The notes under the pieces were generated by a model, which saw nothing but the letters and a program-made list of their open reading frames with translations, was not told the DNA's origin and searched no databases. From positions 552,161 to 616,160 of the forward strand of contig NW_003314340.1 of NCBI RefSeq assembly GCF_000143415.4: a DNA stretch of 64,000 nt, given 5' to 3'. Of the stretch, positions 1 through 12,949 are shown piece by piece; positions within the stretch are counted from its first letter, which is position 1; every line of letters starts with the position of its first letter. A program made the position numbers and the translations under genes. This DNA comes from Selaginella moellendorffii. Lineage: Eukaryota > Plantae > Lycopodiophyta.

Positions 1-257
1 TTGACGGTCTTTTGCAAACTCCCAGAGTGTTGCATTCTCATGTACTCGGTGGGACAATCTGTAAGTTATAAACTTAAATTCTTTACGCTTCTCTAGAAAT
101 CTCTTTGATATACTCATCTAGCTTGTTCGTCTTGGCGGACAGAGAACAGAGAAGAAGATCGAAAAAAATCGAAGAACAGATGAAGAGCTCGAAAAAAAAA
201 TCAAAGTTTTTAGAAGATGGGGAAAAGGTCTAGAGTAAATTTCTAGGGTTTGAGGTG

Positions 258-1300
258 ATGACAGTAGCTAGCGGTGTGGGGTACACACTGATCGCGCTTG
301 GGCCGGGGTTTAGTCTCTTCTTCCTCTCTATCGTGTCCAAGCCCCTTCTTATTCTTACGCTCCTTGCAAGGTATGGTCTTGATAAGTTGATACATCGCAT
401 TGATTTTCCTTGGTGTTTTTTTTTCAGCACGCTGGTATGGCTCGCATCTCTCGTCGCGCTTGCGATCGTTTGGAGGGGATTTCTTCCTTTGGGTTCTTCC
501 AGTTGGATTTGTTTGCCACTTCTAGCTTCGTCGGTGGCTCTTCAGGAGTTTCTTAGAGTTCACTTCTGGCGAACTTTCAAGTAAGAGAGCTCTTTCTTTG
601 TTGTTTTTTTTTTTTCGGAGGTGGAAATAAGTGTTGATCAGGAAAGTGGAGTCTTCTCTAAATGGTGTTGCGGTCAGGATCTCGAAGCCTCCTCTTAGAC
701 CCAGTGAAAAGATCGAGATCGCCATTGGTAAGCTTGAAAAAACTTGTTTTTTTGTATCATAGATAGTCTGAATCTCTTGATGGTTGCAGCTCTGGGCTTT
801 GGCCATGGTTTGGCTCACTCGATCATGTTTTGCTTGAGCCTGCTTACACCGGCGTTTGGACCCGGGACATTTTACCTTCGCTCGTGTCCTCAAATGCCAT
901 TTTTTCTTGTGATTTGTAAGTAAAGTTTGGTCTCTTTTTCTCAAGGTTTTTGCTTTTTAATTGGTGTGTGTTTTCGTTAGAACAGCTGTCATCTCACTCG
1001 GATTTCTATTGATCCACACATTTTCAATGGTTATATTCTTCAAAGGCTACGAAGACCACAACAGTGGCCTCCGATTCTTCGTCCCCGCTATGCACGCCGT
1101 GGCTTCCTCGCTGGTAAAGTTCTTGCATAAAATTTCTAAGAATCGAGAAGTAAAAATTGCTTTCTCTCTTCGTATTTTTCCTGTAGACTTTGGTGAATCT
1201 CGTACAGAACGGGTGTGTAATTGGCACTCCCCTCGTGATGCTGTGCGCGGCACTGACGCTTTTCGTGTGTGGAAAATCCCTGTGGCAAAAGGGGGACTAA
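258..1300 (+). CDS. APH1: Gamma-secretase subunit APH1-like (multi-exon)
   Basis: Spliced ORF MTVASGVGYTLIALGPGFSLF..|STLVWLASLVALAIVWRGFLPL..GLGHGLAH..FGPGTFY..LLIHTFSMV..HAVASSL|TLVNLVQNGCVIGTPL..GD*. It resembles plant APH1 and has short GT-AG introns. Confidence 0.9.
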
Positions 1301-1783
1301 ACAGGATATTCTTTCACAGAAAAAGAGGAGACAATGGCGCTTGACATCGCGAGCTTTTGGATGCCAGGAACTTCGCAATCAATGTCCCTTTTTTGACAAA
1401 ACGTACCATGGTTTTAAGTCCTATAATTCCCATGGTAGAAATGTCCCCAGGGTGAAATATAAAAAAGTGTGTGTTTTGAGTAGTGTTGTCTTGTTTGGGT
1501 TTGGACTCGCGCACGCGTCTAGGGCGCCAAGGTGCGAGGCTATGGCGGACGGGGATTCTCGGCGCGCTGTTGCGCGGGCGTGCTCGCAGGTAGCGTGGCG
1601 CTGCTAGTCCTTCCCTGCCGAGAATGGTGTGAGCTGCGAGGGGGAATTTCTAGGGTTTTAGGTGGAGGAGGAGCAGCAGCGGAAGCCGGCAGGATAGGGT
1701 TTTCTGGGAAGTGGGCCTAGGGTTACTCCAATGGCGGAATGGATGGAGCTGTGAGTAGCGCGCGCGCGCTTGGTTCCGAGGTC

Positions 1784-4700
1784 ATGTCTTCCTCTCAGAG
1801 TAATAACGATGCCGCCACTCAACTCGACTTGAACTACCTTCAGGTGAGTCTCATTGTTCCCGCAAGGATTTATTTTTTTGTTCCTCCTTCTCCTTTGGTA
1901 GAAGTAGCGATTTAGCAGTAGCTTGCAGCTAACTGATACTGAATTTTTCTCCCCCTTTTTTTTCGCGATTGGTATAAGAGTTTGCATCTGCTTGCGGTTC
2001 AGCGTGTAAAGGTATACCGCTTGAACGATGAAGGAAGGTGGGATGACAAAGGAACGGGCCATGTCTCGGTCGAGTACCTTGAGGTTTGTGCCAGCTTGCT
2101 CGCAACTTTGTCTCATATGTATTGCTTTCGTTTCTGCAGAGATCAGATGCTTTGGGCATGGTTGTTATTGACGAGGAAGACAACAACACGCTTCTAGTTC
2201 ATCGGATTTCGGCGGACGATATCTATAGGCGGCAGGAAGGCAGGTTCTACTGCGCTCTTGCTCGTTGCGGATTTATACTGATGCTTTTGGTGCTCTCTAG
2301 AAACGATTATTTCATGGACGGATCCCGAGATTGCCACGGATCTGGCTCTGAGCTTCCAAGAGGCCATGGGGTGTGGGTTTATCTGGTATGGATTGTGTGC
2401 GTGGTGGGATTCTTCTGAAAGTTTGAGCTGCAGGGAGCAAATTTGTAATGTTCAAAGGTCTGTTGTTCATTATACCAACGTTGGAGGTACACTTGTGAAC
2501 AGTAATGTTCCTTCTCTGATACCTTCCTTTACTCAGCTTTGGAAAACGGGGCCCGTGTTACAAGTGACGAATTGGAACATTCTGGTACATCTCAAGACGA
2601 TGGTATTATTTTGGAACATAGTTCTTTACAGAACTATACTGATACACTGTGCCACAGATGACGTGCTCCACGATAGTGGTAGCAGTGAAATTCAACAATT
2701 ACCCGGCGTTGAGCTATCCTCGCTTCCGCAGATTGTGAAGGTAAGGTTATTCTTGGTGGCATATTTGACATGTTTTTATCCCTTCAGACGATCGCGGAAG
2801 TTGCACCCCCCGACAAAGACCGCGTAGCTTCGCTAATAATGAAAGAAGTAAGTTGTTAACTCGTCTAAGTTTTCTTGAGGCAAGTTCTCATGCTCGAATA
2901 TGTGTTAATCAGCAAAGTTATATCCCGAAACTGATGGAGCTGTTCAGGCTTTGCGAGGACTTGGAAAACGTTGAAAACCTTCACATGATCTTTCGGATAG
3001 TCAAGGGAATGAGTAAGGTTTCAAATTGTGGTTGCCTAGTTGTGATGTTCCTTTCATTTCCAGTTTCTTTGAACGACAAGAATGTGTTCGACACTATTTT
3101 TAGCGATGAACACGTCATGGACGTGGTGGGCGCATTAGAATGTAAGACCGAAGGTTTCATTCTCCTGTTTCTGATCTTTGGATATTAGACGATCCTGAAC
3201 TTTCCTCTCAACAAGATCATCGGGGTTTCTTAAAAACTCAAGTTGTCTTTAAGGAGGTAATTGTGTACGTTGGTTTTGAAGCTTCTTATTATTTTAAATG
3301 TAGGCTGTACCCATACATGACGTAGCCATTGTGTCGAAGATTCACCAAACCTATAGAATCGGCTACGTAAAGGTTCGTACTCTTACTCTGACTATAGTAT
3401 CTGTTCTGACTACATGTTTGCAGGATGTTATTTTACCTCGTGTCTTGGATGACCAAACGTTTGCCAATATGAATTCGATGATGTTAGCGAACAACAAAGC
3501 GGTAATTTTTATTTGCATTGTGTGACACGGCCTGCTATTAACTCTACATTTTAGGTGGTCTCTGCTCTCCATTCTGATAAAACATTTGTAAGTGATCTAT
3601 TTGCAAAACTTCGATCCCCTGACATCTCTCAAAATGTTCGAAACGATTTGGTAAGTTTTTATTTCGTTGATTAACTGGATTTATGCTTAGACTGTTCCTT
3701 CCAGATATACTTCCTGCACGAGTTTTGTAACCTTAGCAAAAATCTTCTTTCTCTTCACCGCTCGGAACTTTTCGGGTATGAACACATTAGTTTGATGTTG
3801 GACTTTGATCTTCGCTTTACAGCTCCCTTGTTGAGAAAGGCATTTTTGAAGTTGTTACAATGGCTCTTCAAAGTGAAGATTTAAATCTGCGTGTAAGTGG
3901 GTAAGTCACTCGAATTTTTGAGAATCCTCGTTTATCTTTTTTGTCTTGCAGGAGCGATATCCTGATTGTAATTCTCAATCATGATGCTGCTTTGCTACGT
4001 ACTTTTCTTGTGCAGCAAGAGGGTCACGTTCTTTTTGGTCTTCTGGTATTTGCAAATCTTGTTTTCAATAGATACTAAGATGGTTCTTGTCCAGGTCAAG
4101 GGTCTGTTGAACTCCTCTGAAGGAGGGTTGCAAGCACAAATTCTCGAAATAATGAGAATGCTCTTGGACTCTGAACCATCAGAACAGGTATGAGGTCAAT
4201 TTTAGTGTTTTTGCATTTTTTATTGATTTTTGGAGTTGGAAAGCAGCAGCCAACCGAAAAGATTGCGTACTTGGAGATGTTCTATGAAAAATACATAGAT
4301 CAGCTTGTTGAAGTGTTAACTTCTTCCTGTCCGACAAAGGTGGTTACGGAACATTCGAAGCGAGTCCCTACGGTAGAGAAAACACCAGCATCTGGCGAGG
4401 TGCTCGGCAACATTTGTGAATTGATGTGCTTTTGCGTACTGCATCATGGATACAGGATGAAGTAAGTGCTACTTTCATTTAATCAAGCTAAGCGATTGTT
4501 AGCAGGTATTACGTGATGCGGAACAACGTTGTAGAGAAGGTCTTGCGCCTTGTTCGAAGGAAGGAAAAAGTCCTTGTCGTCGCGGCTGTGAGGTTCCTCC
4601 GAACTTGTGTGGGGCTTAAGGTGATGGTTTTGTGCGAAGTGGTTCGGTACTAACGCCATTATTACAGGATAACTTTTATGCTCGGTACCTTATTAAGAAT

Positions 4701-5809
4701 AATCTTTTTGAGCCTGTTATTCAGGCGTTTTTAGCTAACGGAAACCGATATAACCTTCTTAACTCATCTGTATTGGAGTTGCTTGATTTTATCCGGAAGG
4801 TAAATCTTTGCTATATTTTTTACGAAGCTTAATTTCTTTTGTTACAGTCGAATTTGAAGGATCTTCTCATACATATTGTTGAAAACTACGGCAAAAAGCT
4901 GGAATGCGTCGACTATGTTGATACTGTTAAGCAACTGAAGGTGAAATATGACCAGGTGAGCAGAGCTTGAGTGTTTTTTTTTTCGCATTCTTTAATGTTT
5001 TACTTCACAGTATATGGATGATTCTACTACGTCTAATCGAGAAGCTCCTGCCGGACCTAGTGGAATAGAAACTAGTTCCGACCGCTTTATTGGTCCGCTT
5101 CCCAGTCTAAGGAAAAGGAAAGACGAACGTGCACTTGATAAGGCTGAAGAAGATTATTTCAACGAGGATAGGTACGTGCTGCTTTACTTTATAGGCACTG
5201 GTTTTTAACTTCCGACTTGCTCAGTGATGACGAAGAGGACAGCGCACAAACGTCTCAGACTATCACAGTCAATGGCAATGCAGTAGAGGATGCTCCGTTC
5301 AGGTTAGTCGTTCATCTCTTCGGAAGATTTTTCTCGTGCTAATTTGTCCCTACAGACCATTCTGCTTGGTTGACTATGACGATGAAGATGACGATTCCCT
5401 TGTCCCTAGCAATGGGAAAAGCCGTCCTCGAAAGAGTGATGGATCGGAACACTGGCCTCATGCTAAGCGGAGGCCTCATCTAGGCGACTTTTCTATACAC
5501 AAAAAGCTCAGACAAGACAGTGGTGGCCAGTCCGAATTGGGAAAGCAAGAGGTCGATGGAATCAACAGGATATCAGTCGAGGGGAAACCACAGATTGGTA
5601 GAACAACTGATCAACAACCTGGTAGCTTGAAAGGTGGTCTTGACGACAAACGGGACTCCACTAAATCTTCGAGTAGCAAGGTCAGGGATGATAGCGTGGT
5701 CTCAAGACTAGGAGCTCCAGGCCGGGTCAGTGCTGGATGCAAGCTCCAGATCGAGGCCAAGCCACGGATCCCGGCAGCATCGTCTCCAGAGCAATCGAGT
5801 AGCCGATAG
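1784..5809 (+). CDS. PP4R3: Protein phosphatase 4 regulatory subunit 3 (SMEK/PSY2-like), more than 20 exons
   Basis: EVH1-like start [22 protein letters not shown], then [11 protein letters not shown]|[42 protein letters not shown] and LVDYDDEDD, all typical of SMEK/PSY2. Confidence 0.92.
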
Positions 5810-7061
5810 CAGCCGAGAATGGATGACCAGTGTACAACGAGCTCGTGTTTTTTGGGACCGCGAAGCAGCGGGATATGTACGAGTAGGGAAGATTAACTTT
5901 CGGTGCTGGGACGGTCGCCAGAGCGAGCAGCAAGCAGATTTTTGACAAAAACGATCCAGGCGAAGGTCGAGTGAGCTTAACAAAGTCCGGAGAGAAAATG
6001 CAGGAAGGGATGGAAGTTTTTCTTATATTTTTTTTGATCAGGAGCTCACCGGCGACGTGAGGGAAGCTCTACAATCGCGACACATTGTCAAGGTCTCTAA
6101 ATAAATCCATCAACAACATCAACACTGACTGGGTGGGACGCAGGGCAAAGACTTTGGACCGCGAAAAAGAAGAAAGAAAGAAAGAAAAGAGACCACGACG
6201 AAGATGACATACCTATATACTATATAACTGTTTGGTGATGGTGGTGTGTAAACTGGTCTCACTCGAGGAATGTAAAAAAGAAATCGAGAGAGTGCGCGTT
6301 TGTTCTCTCATGCGATCAAGTTTCGCGAAGAACACTTGCTTTCTAAAGTCTTAAGTTTCGCAAAGAACATAGGAACCTGTCCGTACAATGTGTCAATAGG
6401 TAGGTGTGTACGGAAGAAAACCTCGACAGCTCCAACTTGCCCAACTTTCAAACGTGAGAATATGCCGGCGCGAATATCCCACGGCTGAGCTTCGTGACAC
6501 GTAGGCGGCCAAAAAGCAACGTTTCTTTGACCGCCGGAGGACTCTGGCTTACGCTCTAAGGACACTGTCCCTAAATGCCAGGCCGTTCATTTCACTCGAT
6601 TCACTCATTCTTTTCACTCCTCTCGCGAGGTAGCTCGGCTTCGTTGTGGATGCCGCTAGGGTTTTGCGGCGTGCTAGCTAGGGTTTTCCCGGGGGCCGGA
6701 GGAGCATGGCGCTGCGCGAGCGCCGGCGGCGCCTCTCTATCGCTCCGCGGGATTCGTGATTCGTGATTTGCCCGGATTTCATCTCTCGACAGTCGGCAGC
6801 GTGAAATATCGGCATCGGGAGCTGGCTGCTGGGGTTTGGCTAGATTCCACGAGGGGCTCGCTGGCCGGTAAGCGCCTTGAGGTAGATCGATAGCTTCTTC
6901 GCTCGAAATCTGGCTACATTCTGATATAGCTTGCGCAGATCTGCTCCGGGAGCCGGGCAGCGCGATCTGGGAGTCGCATCGCACGAGTCTTTTCGCCGGG
7001 GCTTTAGGCACAGATCCGAGAGGCTTTTGAGCATCCGGTGATCTGTGGATCTCCAGCGGCA

Positions 7062-8657
7062 ATGGGGAACTGCTGCGCGACGCCAGGTATCAAGAGGAAG
7101 GAGCGGAAGCCCAATCCTTTTGCTCAGGATGGATTCAAGGGGACCGGGCCGCCCAAGGTGATAATGAAGGAGCATGCACCGGGAATGTCCGTCCAGCAGG
7201 AAGTGGACATCAACGAGAAGTACGTTCTCGGCAAGGAATTGGGCCGCGGAGAATTTGGCATCACCTATCTGTGCACGGGCAAGGAGAGCCAGGAGGATCT
7301 AGCTTGCAAGTCCATCTCCAAATCCAAGCTCCGGACGGCAGTGGACATCGACGACGTGAGGAGGGAGGTCCAGATCATGCACCACTTGCCGCGGCATCCC
7401 AATGTGGTGGCGCTCAAGGATGTTTTCGAGGATGGCAATGCTGTCCACCTGGTGATGGAGCTCTGCGAGGGAGGGGAGCTGTTCGACAGGATCATTGCAC
7501 GCGGCCACTACAGCGAGAGGGCGGCTGCCGGGATCACGAGGACCATCGTGGAGGTCGTGCAAGTCTGCCACAAGCACGGCGTCATGCACAGGGATCTCAA
7601 GCCGGAGAACTTCCTCTTCGCGAACAAGAAGGAGAACTCGCCACTGAAAGCAATCGACTTCGGGTTGTCCGTCTTCTTCAGGCCGGGAGAGAGGTTCTCG
7701 GAGATTGTGGGGAGCCCATACTACATGGCACCCGAAGTTCTCAAGCGGAACTATGGGCCGGAGATCGATGTGTGGAGCGCGGGTGTGATCCTTTACATTC
7801 TGCTCTCGGGAGTCCCGCCATTTTGGGCCGAGTCGGAGCAGGGTGTGGCGCAGGCTATTCTTCGCGGCCAGATCGAGTTCAAGCGGGACCCGTGGCCGAA
7901 GATATCCGAGAACGCGAAGTCGCTCGTGCAAAACATGTTGATGCCGGATCCAAAGCAGCGCTACACGGCCCAGCAGGTCCTCGATCACCCGTGGCTGCAA
8001 AACGCGAAGAAGGCGTCGAACGTTCCACTGGGGGACGTCGTGAGGAACAGGCTGAAGCAGTTTTCAGCGATGAACAAGCTCAAGAGGAAGGCGCTGCAGA
8101 TGATCACGGAGCTTCTGTCGGGTGACGAGGTCGAGAGCTACAAGGACATGTTCAAGGTGATGGACCAGAAGAATGAGGGCAGCATCACGTACGACGAGCT
8201 CAAGGTTGGCCTGGCGAAGATTGGCTCGCAGCTGGCGGAGAGCGAGGCGAAGCTGCTGATGGAAGCGGCGGACGTGAATAACAAGGGGACGCTTGACTAC
8301 CAAGAGTTTGTGGCCATGATGATCCACATACAGAGGATGGACAATGATGAGTACCTGCGGAAGGCTTTCAACCGGCTGGACAAGGACGAGAGCGGATTCA
8401 TTGAGAAGGAGGAGCTTCGAGAAGCTCTGTACGATGATCGTGGGGCCAGCGAGACGGAGATGATCGACGACATCCTCCAGGAGGTTGATCTGGACAAGGA
8501 TGGCAAGATAAGCTATGAGGAGTTTGCGTCGATGATGCGGACTGGAACCGACTGGCGGAAGGCTTCGAGACATTACTCGAGAGGACGGTACAACAGTCTG
8601 AGCATTCGTCTACTCAGGGATGGTTCGCTCCAGTCTGGAAACTACGAGAAGCGGTGA
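7062..8657 (+). CDS. CPK: Calcium-dependent protein kinase (CDPK, group III-like), intronless CDS
   Basis: MGNCC acylation start, kinase motifs ([27 protein letters not shown]), junction [11 protein letters not shown], four EF-hands and the C-terminal [13 protein letters not shown] typical of the CPK7/8/10/13/30/32 clade. Confidence 0.97.
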   Translation: MGNCCATPGIKRKERKPNPFAQDGFKGTGPPKVIMKEHAPGMSVQQEVDINEKYVLGKELGRGEFGITYLCTGKESQEDLACKSISKSKLRTAVDIDDVRREVQIMHHLPRHPNVVALKDVFEDGNAVHLVMELCEGGELFDRIIARGHYSERAAAGITRTIVEVVQVCHKHGVMHRDLKPENFLFANKKENSPLKAIDFGLSVFFRPGERFSEIVGSPYYMAPEVLKRNYGPEIDVWSAGVILYILLSGVPPFWAESEQGVAQAILRGQIEFKRDPWPKISENAKSLVQNMLMPDPKQRYTAQQVLDHPWLQNAKKASNVPLGDVVRNRLKQFSAMNKLKRKALQMITELLSGDEVESYKDMFKVMDQKNEGSITYDELKVGLAKIGSQLAESEAKLLMEAADVNNKGTLDYQEFVAMMIHIQRMDNDEYLRKAFNRLDKDESGFIEKEELREALYDDRGASETEMIDDILQEVDLDKDGKISYEEFASMMRTGTDWRKASRHYSRGRYNSLSIRLLRDGSLQSGNYEKR

Positions 8658-10097
8658 CAGGCTAAAGCTCTCTTCTTCTTCTTCTTCCTCTTCCCTTGAA
8701 CGATGCGGCGCGCGTAGTATTCTGGGTTCTCATTTTCCAACCCTCTGGGAGGCTCACAACAAAGCGTAAGATCGTGATTTTGAGCACTTTCAGCTAAGTT
8801 TTCTAGTGTAGTGTTCTTTATTTTTTTTTTCCTTTCAGGATGTGGTAGTCGGCTGACTGTTACTCTTACAACTTCTATTGTACCATAGCTTTGAAACACC
8901 AGAAATGACAACATCTTTTGAGACCAGAGTAATGTCGTCCTTTTCTTAATGGCTATGGCTGACCCTTGAAGCATCACTGTCCACTGAGTGTGATGTTGGT
9001 GGTTTCTTCTCTCTCTCTCTCTCTTTTTTTTTTTTTACTTCCAGCGACGCAGGTCCTACTTGCTAGCCCGTGTTTCTAGAGCTCGTAGAAGGTGAAGTAG
9101 AGCTGGTAATCAACAGGAAAAATGCTTGCGGAAAGATGGGATCGGAGATAAAATATGGCTTCAAGTTTAGAGGTACGTACTTTATGTGAAGCATGGTCTG
9201 AATCTCACTGATTATTTTTTGTTTTCCTTGGCAAAATGATTGCACAGGTTCTGGCCTAGGAATAATTTAACCACGTCCACAAGCTACGCGATCGACGCCG
9301 TGTATTCTGTCGAGAATCTCCATCCACTGGACGGAGCCATTTCCAGGTAGAGAGCTGCCAAAGGAATGTAAACTGATACGCTTGTGCAGGACGACAACTT
9401 TCGTCACGGGACTCCCCATAAAAACTGCTACACCCGCACAAGACTACACGCAGGGGTCAATCTCAGACGGTACTTTTTCGGCACTTTAGTTTTTATTTCA
9501 ATCTCTCTGCTGGCCCTGGCATGTAGTTTTTGTGCTAAAGTTTCTTGCCGGTTGCATTGCATTTAGCAACAGCTGGGCTCTAATTTATCACCTTTTGTGT
9601 GCAGGGGATGGTGGCTCCATGTGCTGCTGTTGGTTGGGCCCGGCTCGAGTGGCTGCTTTGGCAGAGGGAAAGAGAGCGAGATCATATGAATGAGGCCAAA
9701 GTTACGAGCAGCAACAGCACGTGAAACAGTCCAAGGCATCCTTTGGATTCACCAGAAGTGGTCACATCCCAGATTTTCATTGCGACAAAGGAGGCGGGCA
9801 GCCAGGGATTTGCCAAACATCAAAGGCTAGTAGTTTTTCTTTTATTTTTTATTTTTTGTTTCTAGGAAATGTTCTTTATGCAGCCGCTTATACCTTGTCT
9901 ACGAATCGCTGAAGCTCAAGGCGCATATGCAATGTATTTATGCATCAGGTAATCCCTTCTTTGTTGCGGCTTTTGTCGAAACCAAGGTGTCCTAGCAGGA
10001 ACTGAAGAGCGTGAACTTCTTCGGCCCGCTACCAAACTTTAGTTCGATCGCAAGGCCAGGTATTGTACTTATCCATTTCTTTTCTTAATACTTTTAA

Positions 10098-10143
10098 TTA
10101 GAAGTCAAACTCAATCTCGTCGTCATCGTCGTCATCGTCCTCT

Positions 10144-10176
<33 letters not shown>

Positions 10177-10881
10177 CCTTCTTCTCCTTCTTCTCCTTCC
10201 TCTCCTTCTCCTTTGTTTTCGCTCGCTTTGTTTTTGCCTTTCACTAATTTCTTCAGGGCACTTCCAATCAATGCGACCTTGGATTGATGCTCTGTTTGTG
10301 CAGAGGAAGAACGTCGAGCCACTTTTCTGGTGTGCAAAATCACCCTCAACGCACCCGCGTCCCTGCAAAGTACCCGCTTCTAAGTAAGTGAGCAAAGATA
10401 AGTTATCTCTTTCTGATCCATACTCTCCCTTCTTTGTTTGCAGCGGCCAGCAGCGATCATCGTAGCCGCATGCCAAGACTTTGTCGAGAAGAACTGTGCC
10501 GCGGCCAATGAGGTTATCGTAGAGCGAGTGGTCGTTCCGAACCTCCACACTGATCTCCTGGCACCCCGGGATCACTAACGCCACGAACTTCTTGTTAAAC
10601 ACAGGATTCACGCCACCATCTGCCACAGTGATACGCTTCCATCATCAGCTCGAATTTTCTCATCAAGCACAAGAAGAACTCACGCCGGAGAACTCTGGTT
10701 CCAAACTTGTTGGATCCGTACTCCAATTTCACGAAAGGATCTTGCTTGCCAATCCATTCGGTGTTCTTCAAATTTTTCCCATCGAGAACTAAAACCACCA
10801 CCAACATTGTAGCTAAAATTCCAACGCAACAAACGTACCATTGATGTCGAGTTTCCACTCCCCTTGTTGAGTAGCAGCCAT
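10098..10881 (-). CDS. Single C2-domain protein (elicitor-responsive/ERG-like) with acidic tail
   Basis: Spliced MAATQQGEWKLDIN|VLDGKNLKNTEWIGKQDPFVKLEYG..GGVNPVFNKKF..DNLIGRGTVLL..WPLQTK, followed by a poly-E/D C-terminus. Confidence 0.82.
10115..10212. repeat. Coding trinucleotide low-complexity tract (GAA/GAG/GAC on minus strand) encoding poly-Glu/Asp
   Basis: tcgtcatcgtcg..tcttcttcctct.. seen directly in the sequence. Confidence 0.85.
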
Positions 10882-10925
10882 CTTTTTCGCTTGGTCTCTT
10901 TGCTTGGGGCGAATTTAAAGAAGAT

Positions 10926-10979
10926 AGTCAATGGAGGAGACTTGGTCAATGGAGACTAGGTCATCGAAGACGAGGTCAA
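10926..10979. promoter_or_regulatory. W-box cluster in the divergent C2/PPR promoter
   Basis: (A/G)GTCAA at 10926, 10944 and 10974, plus GGTCA at 10959, within the 173-bp gap between the two ATGs. Confidence 0.45.
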
Positions 10980-11054
10980 TAATTCCATCTTTGGAGAGAA
11001 CCAGTCTTGCCTCTATGTTTGGGAGGACAAATGCCACTTGGATCATGACCCTCG

Positions 11055-12860
11055 ATGAGAAGCAGCCCAAGCTCGCGACAGGGATTGGAGGAATGCCGCG
11101 TCTACTGGGAGAATCTCCTTCGCGCCTGTGGGGATATGGGCGATCTAGCAGAGGCCCGCCGCCTCCACGCGCGAGTTCTCGCCAGCGACCACTCGCGCAG
11201 CCGATTCATCGCCAATCTCGCCGTCCAGATGTATGGAAAGTGTGGCAGCGCCCGCGACGCTCGCCTTGCCTTCGATGACATAGATGCTCCAAACGTTTTC
11301 TCGCACAGCATCATGATCACTGCATATGCCCACAATGGCCATTTGGTGGATGCAAAGCGGCATTTTGATTCTATGCTCGAGAGAAATGATGTTACTTGGA
11401 ATGCGATGATCGCTGGATTCGGGCAGCATGGAGCTCTTCCGGAGGTGTGGAGCTTCTTCTCCCGGATTCCTGCCCGGAACGCCGTATCGTGGGTTTCGGC
11501 GTTTCAAGCATATGCCCAGAGGGGGCATTTGCGCGAGGCGAAGAGCTTGTTTGATCAGATGCCTGAGCTGAGCGTGATCTCGTGGAGCGCCATGCTGACG
11601 GCCTATGCCGACTATGGGGACATCCAGGACGCGATCGCGTTGTTTAAGAGGATGCCGGAGTGGAGTATTGTGAGTTGGAACGCGATGTTTCGAGCCTACG
11701 CATGGAACTCGCGGCTCCGGGAAGCCGAGGAGATGTTTTACCAGATGCCCGAGTGGAGTGTCGTATCGTGGACGACATTGCTTCGAGCGTATGCTAGGTG
11801 CGGCCAGCTACACCGGGCAAAGGTTGTGTTTGATGTCATTGCCGAAAGGGACGCTATTGCGTGGGTGGCGATGATCTCGGGCTATGGCCAGGAGGGCTGC
11901 GTCCTAAAGGCTTTTGCGATGTTTTCAAGAATGCCCAAGTGGAACGCGGTGGCCGTGAATGCGATGGCTACTGCATATGCCGAGACGGGGTATTTGCTGC
12001 AGGCGGAGGAGCTGCTCAGGTCTGTGCCTGATCCGTATTCCGTTTCATGGACGCCGCTGGTCACCGCACTCGGAATCCGAGGTGAAACTGAAAAGTCCAA
12101 AGAGATTTACGACGCTATGCCGCGGCACGACGTCGTGTCCAAAACCGCTATGCTTACCGTGTTTGCCCAAAACCGGCATATTGACAATGCCGACCACCTG
12201 TTTCGAGAGATGGATGTGAGGGATTCGAGCTCTTGGTCAGCTATTCTTGCGGGTTTCGTTCACAATTTACGTCTTCCTGAAGCGAGAAATGTTTTTGGAA
12301 AGATGCCTTCGTGGGATCTCGTCTCTTGGACGCTTTTACTGACAGCAAATACCCATTGCGGGGAATTACAAGCTGCTCAAGAGGTGTTCGACCTCATGCC
12401 AGACCGAGACATTCTGGCCTGGAACTCGATGCTGGCAGGGCTTGCGCAACAAGACCATGGCGAATCCTTCCGCGCTCTCGAGCTTATGTGCCTCGAAGGG
12501 GTCAATCCAAACGAATTCTCCTTCTTGAATGTGCTGCTCGCTTGCAGCCACATTGGCGTGCTCGTTGCCGCTCGATACTACTTCCTGGCGATGGCGGCGG
12601 ACCACTGCCTTGCTCCGCTCAAAGCCCACTATTTGTTTGTGGCTGACTTGCTTGGAAGATCGGGACTCCTGTACGAGTCCGAGGAGCTTATCCATTCCAT
12701 GCCATTTGCTGCAGACGATGTGGCCTGGGGGAGCCTCCTTGGATCTTGTAACGTTCACTTGGACGAGAAAAGAGCTGCACGGGCTGCTGAGAAGATAGTG
12801 AAGCTTAATCCAGACATTTCTTCTCCATATGTGCTTCTCTCCAATATTTGTATGAACTGA
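11055..12860 (+). CDS. PLS-class pentatricopeptide repeat protein, E-type without DYW, intronless
   Basis: Tandem ~31-aa repeats (e.g. NDVTWNAMIAGFGQHGALPEVWSFFSRIPAR), VLLACSHIG, HYLFVADLLGRSG, WGSLLGSC, ending PYVLLSNICMN*. Confidence 0.95.
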   Translation: MRSSPSSRQGLEECRVYWENLLRACGDMGDLAEARRLHARVLASDHSRSRFIANLAVQMYGKCGSARDARLAFDDIDAPNVFSHSIMITAYAHNGHLVDAKRHFDSMLERNDVTWNAMIAGFGQHGALPEVWSFFSRIPARNAVSWVSAFQAYAQRGHLREAKSLFDQMPELSVISWSAMLTAYADYGDIQDAIALFKRMPEWSIVSWNAMFRAYAWNSRLREAEEMFYQMPEWSVVSWTTLLRAYARCGQLHRAKVVFDVIAERDAIAWVAMISGYGQEGCVLKAFAMFSRMPKWNAVAVNAMATAYAETGYLLQAEELLRSVPDPYSVSWTPLVTALGIRGETEKSKEIYDAMPRHDVVSKTAMLTVFAQNRHIDNADHLFREMDVRDSSSWSAILAGFVHNLRLPEARNVFGKMPSWDLVSWTLLLTANTHCGELQAAQEVFDLMPDRDILAWNSMLAGLAQQDHGESFRALELMCLEGVNPNEFSFLNVLLACSHIGVLVAARYYFLAMAADHCLAPLKAHYLFVADLLGRSGLLYESEELIHSMPFAADDVAWGSLLGSCNVHLDEKRAARAAEKIVKLNPDISSPYVLLSNICMN

Positions 12861-12949
12861 AAGGTACATTTTAAACATTAGATCAAGATTTTGTCATAGT
12901 TCCACCAACATTCTATCATATTTTTATCTTTTTGTAAAAAAATGATAAA

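Noticed and set aside
7271-8573. Long alternative-frame and antisense ORFs over the CDPK (likewise over the PPR, GYF and MOS1 CDSs)
   Set aside because: Expected shadows of GC-rich or low-complexity coding sequence; no motifs of their own.
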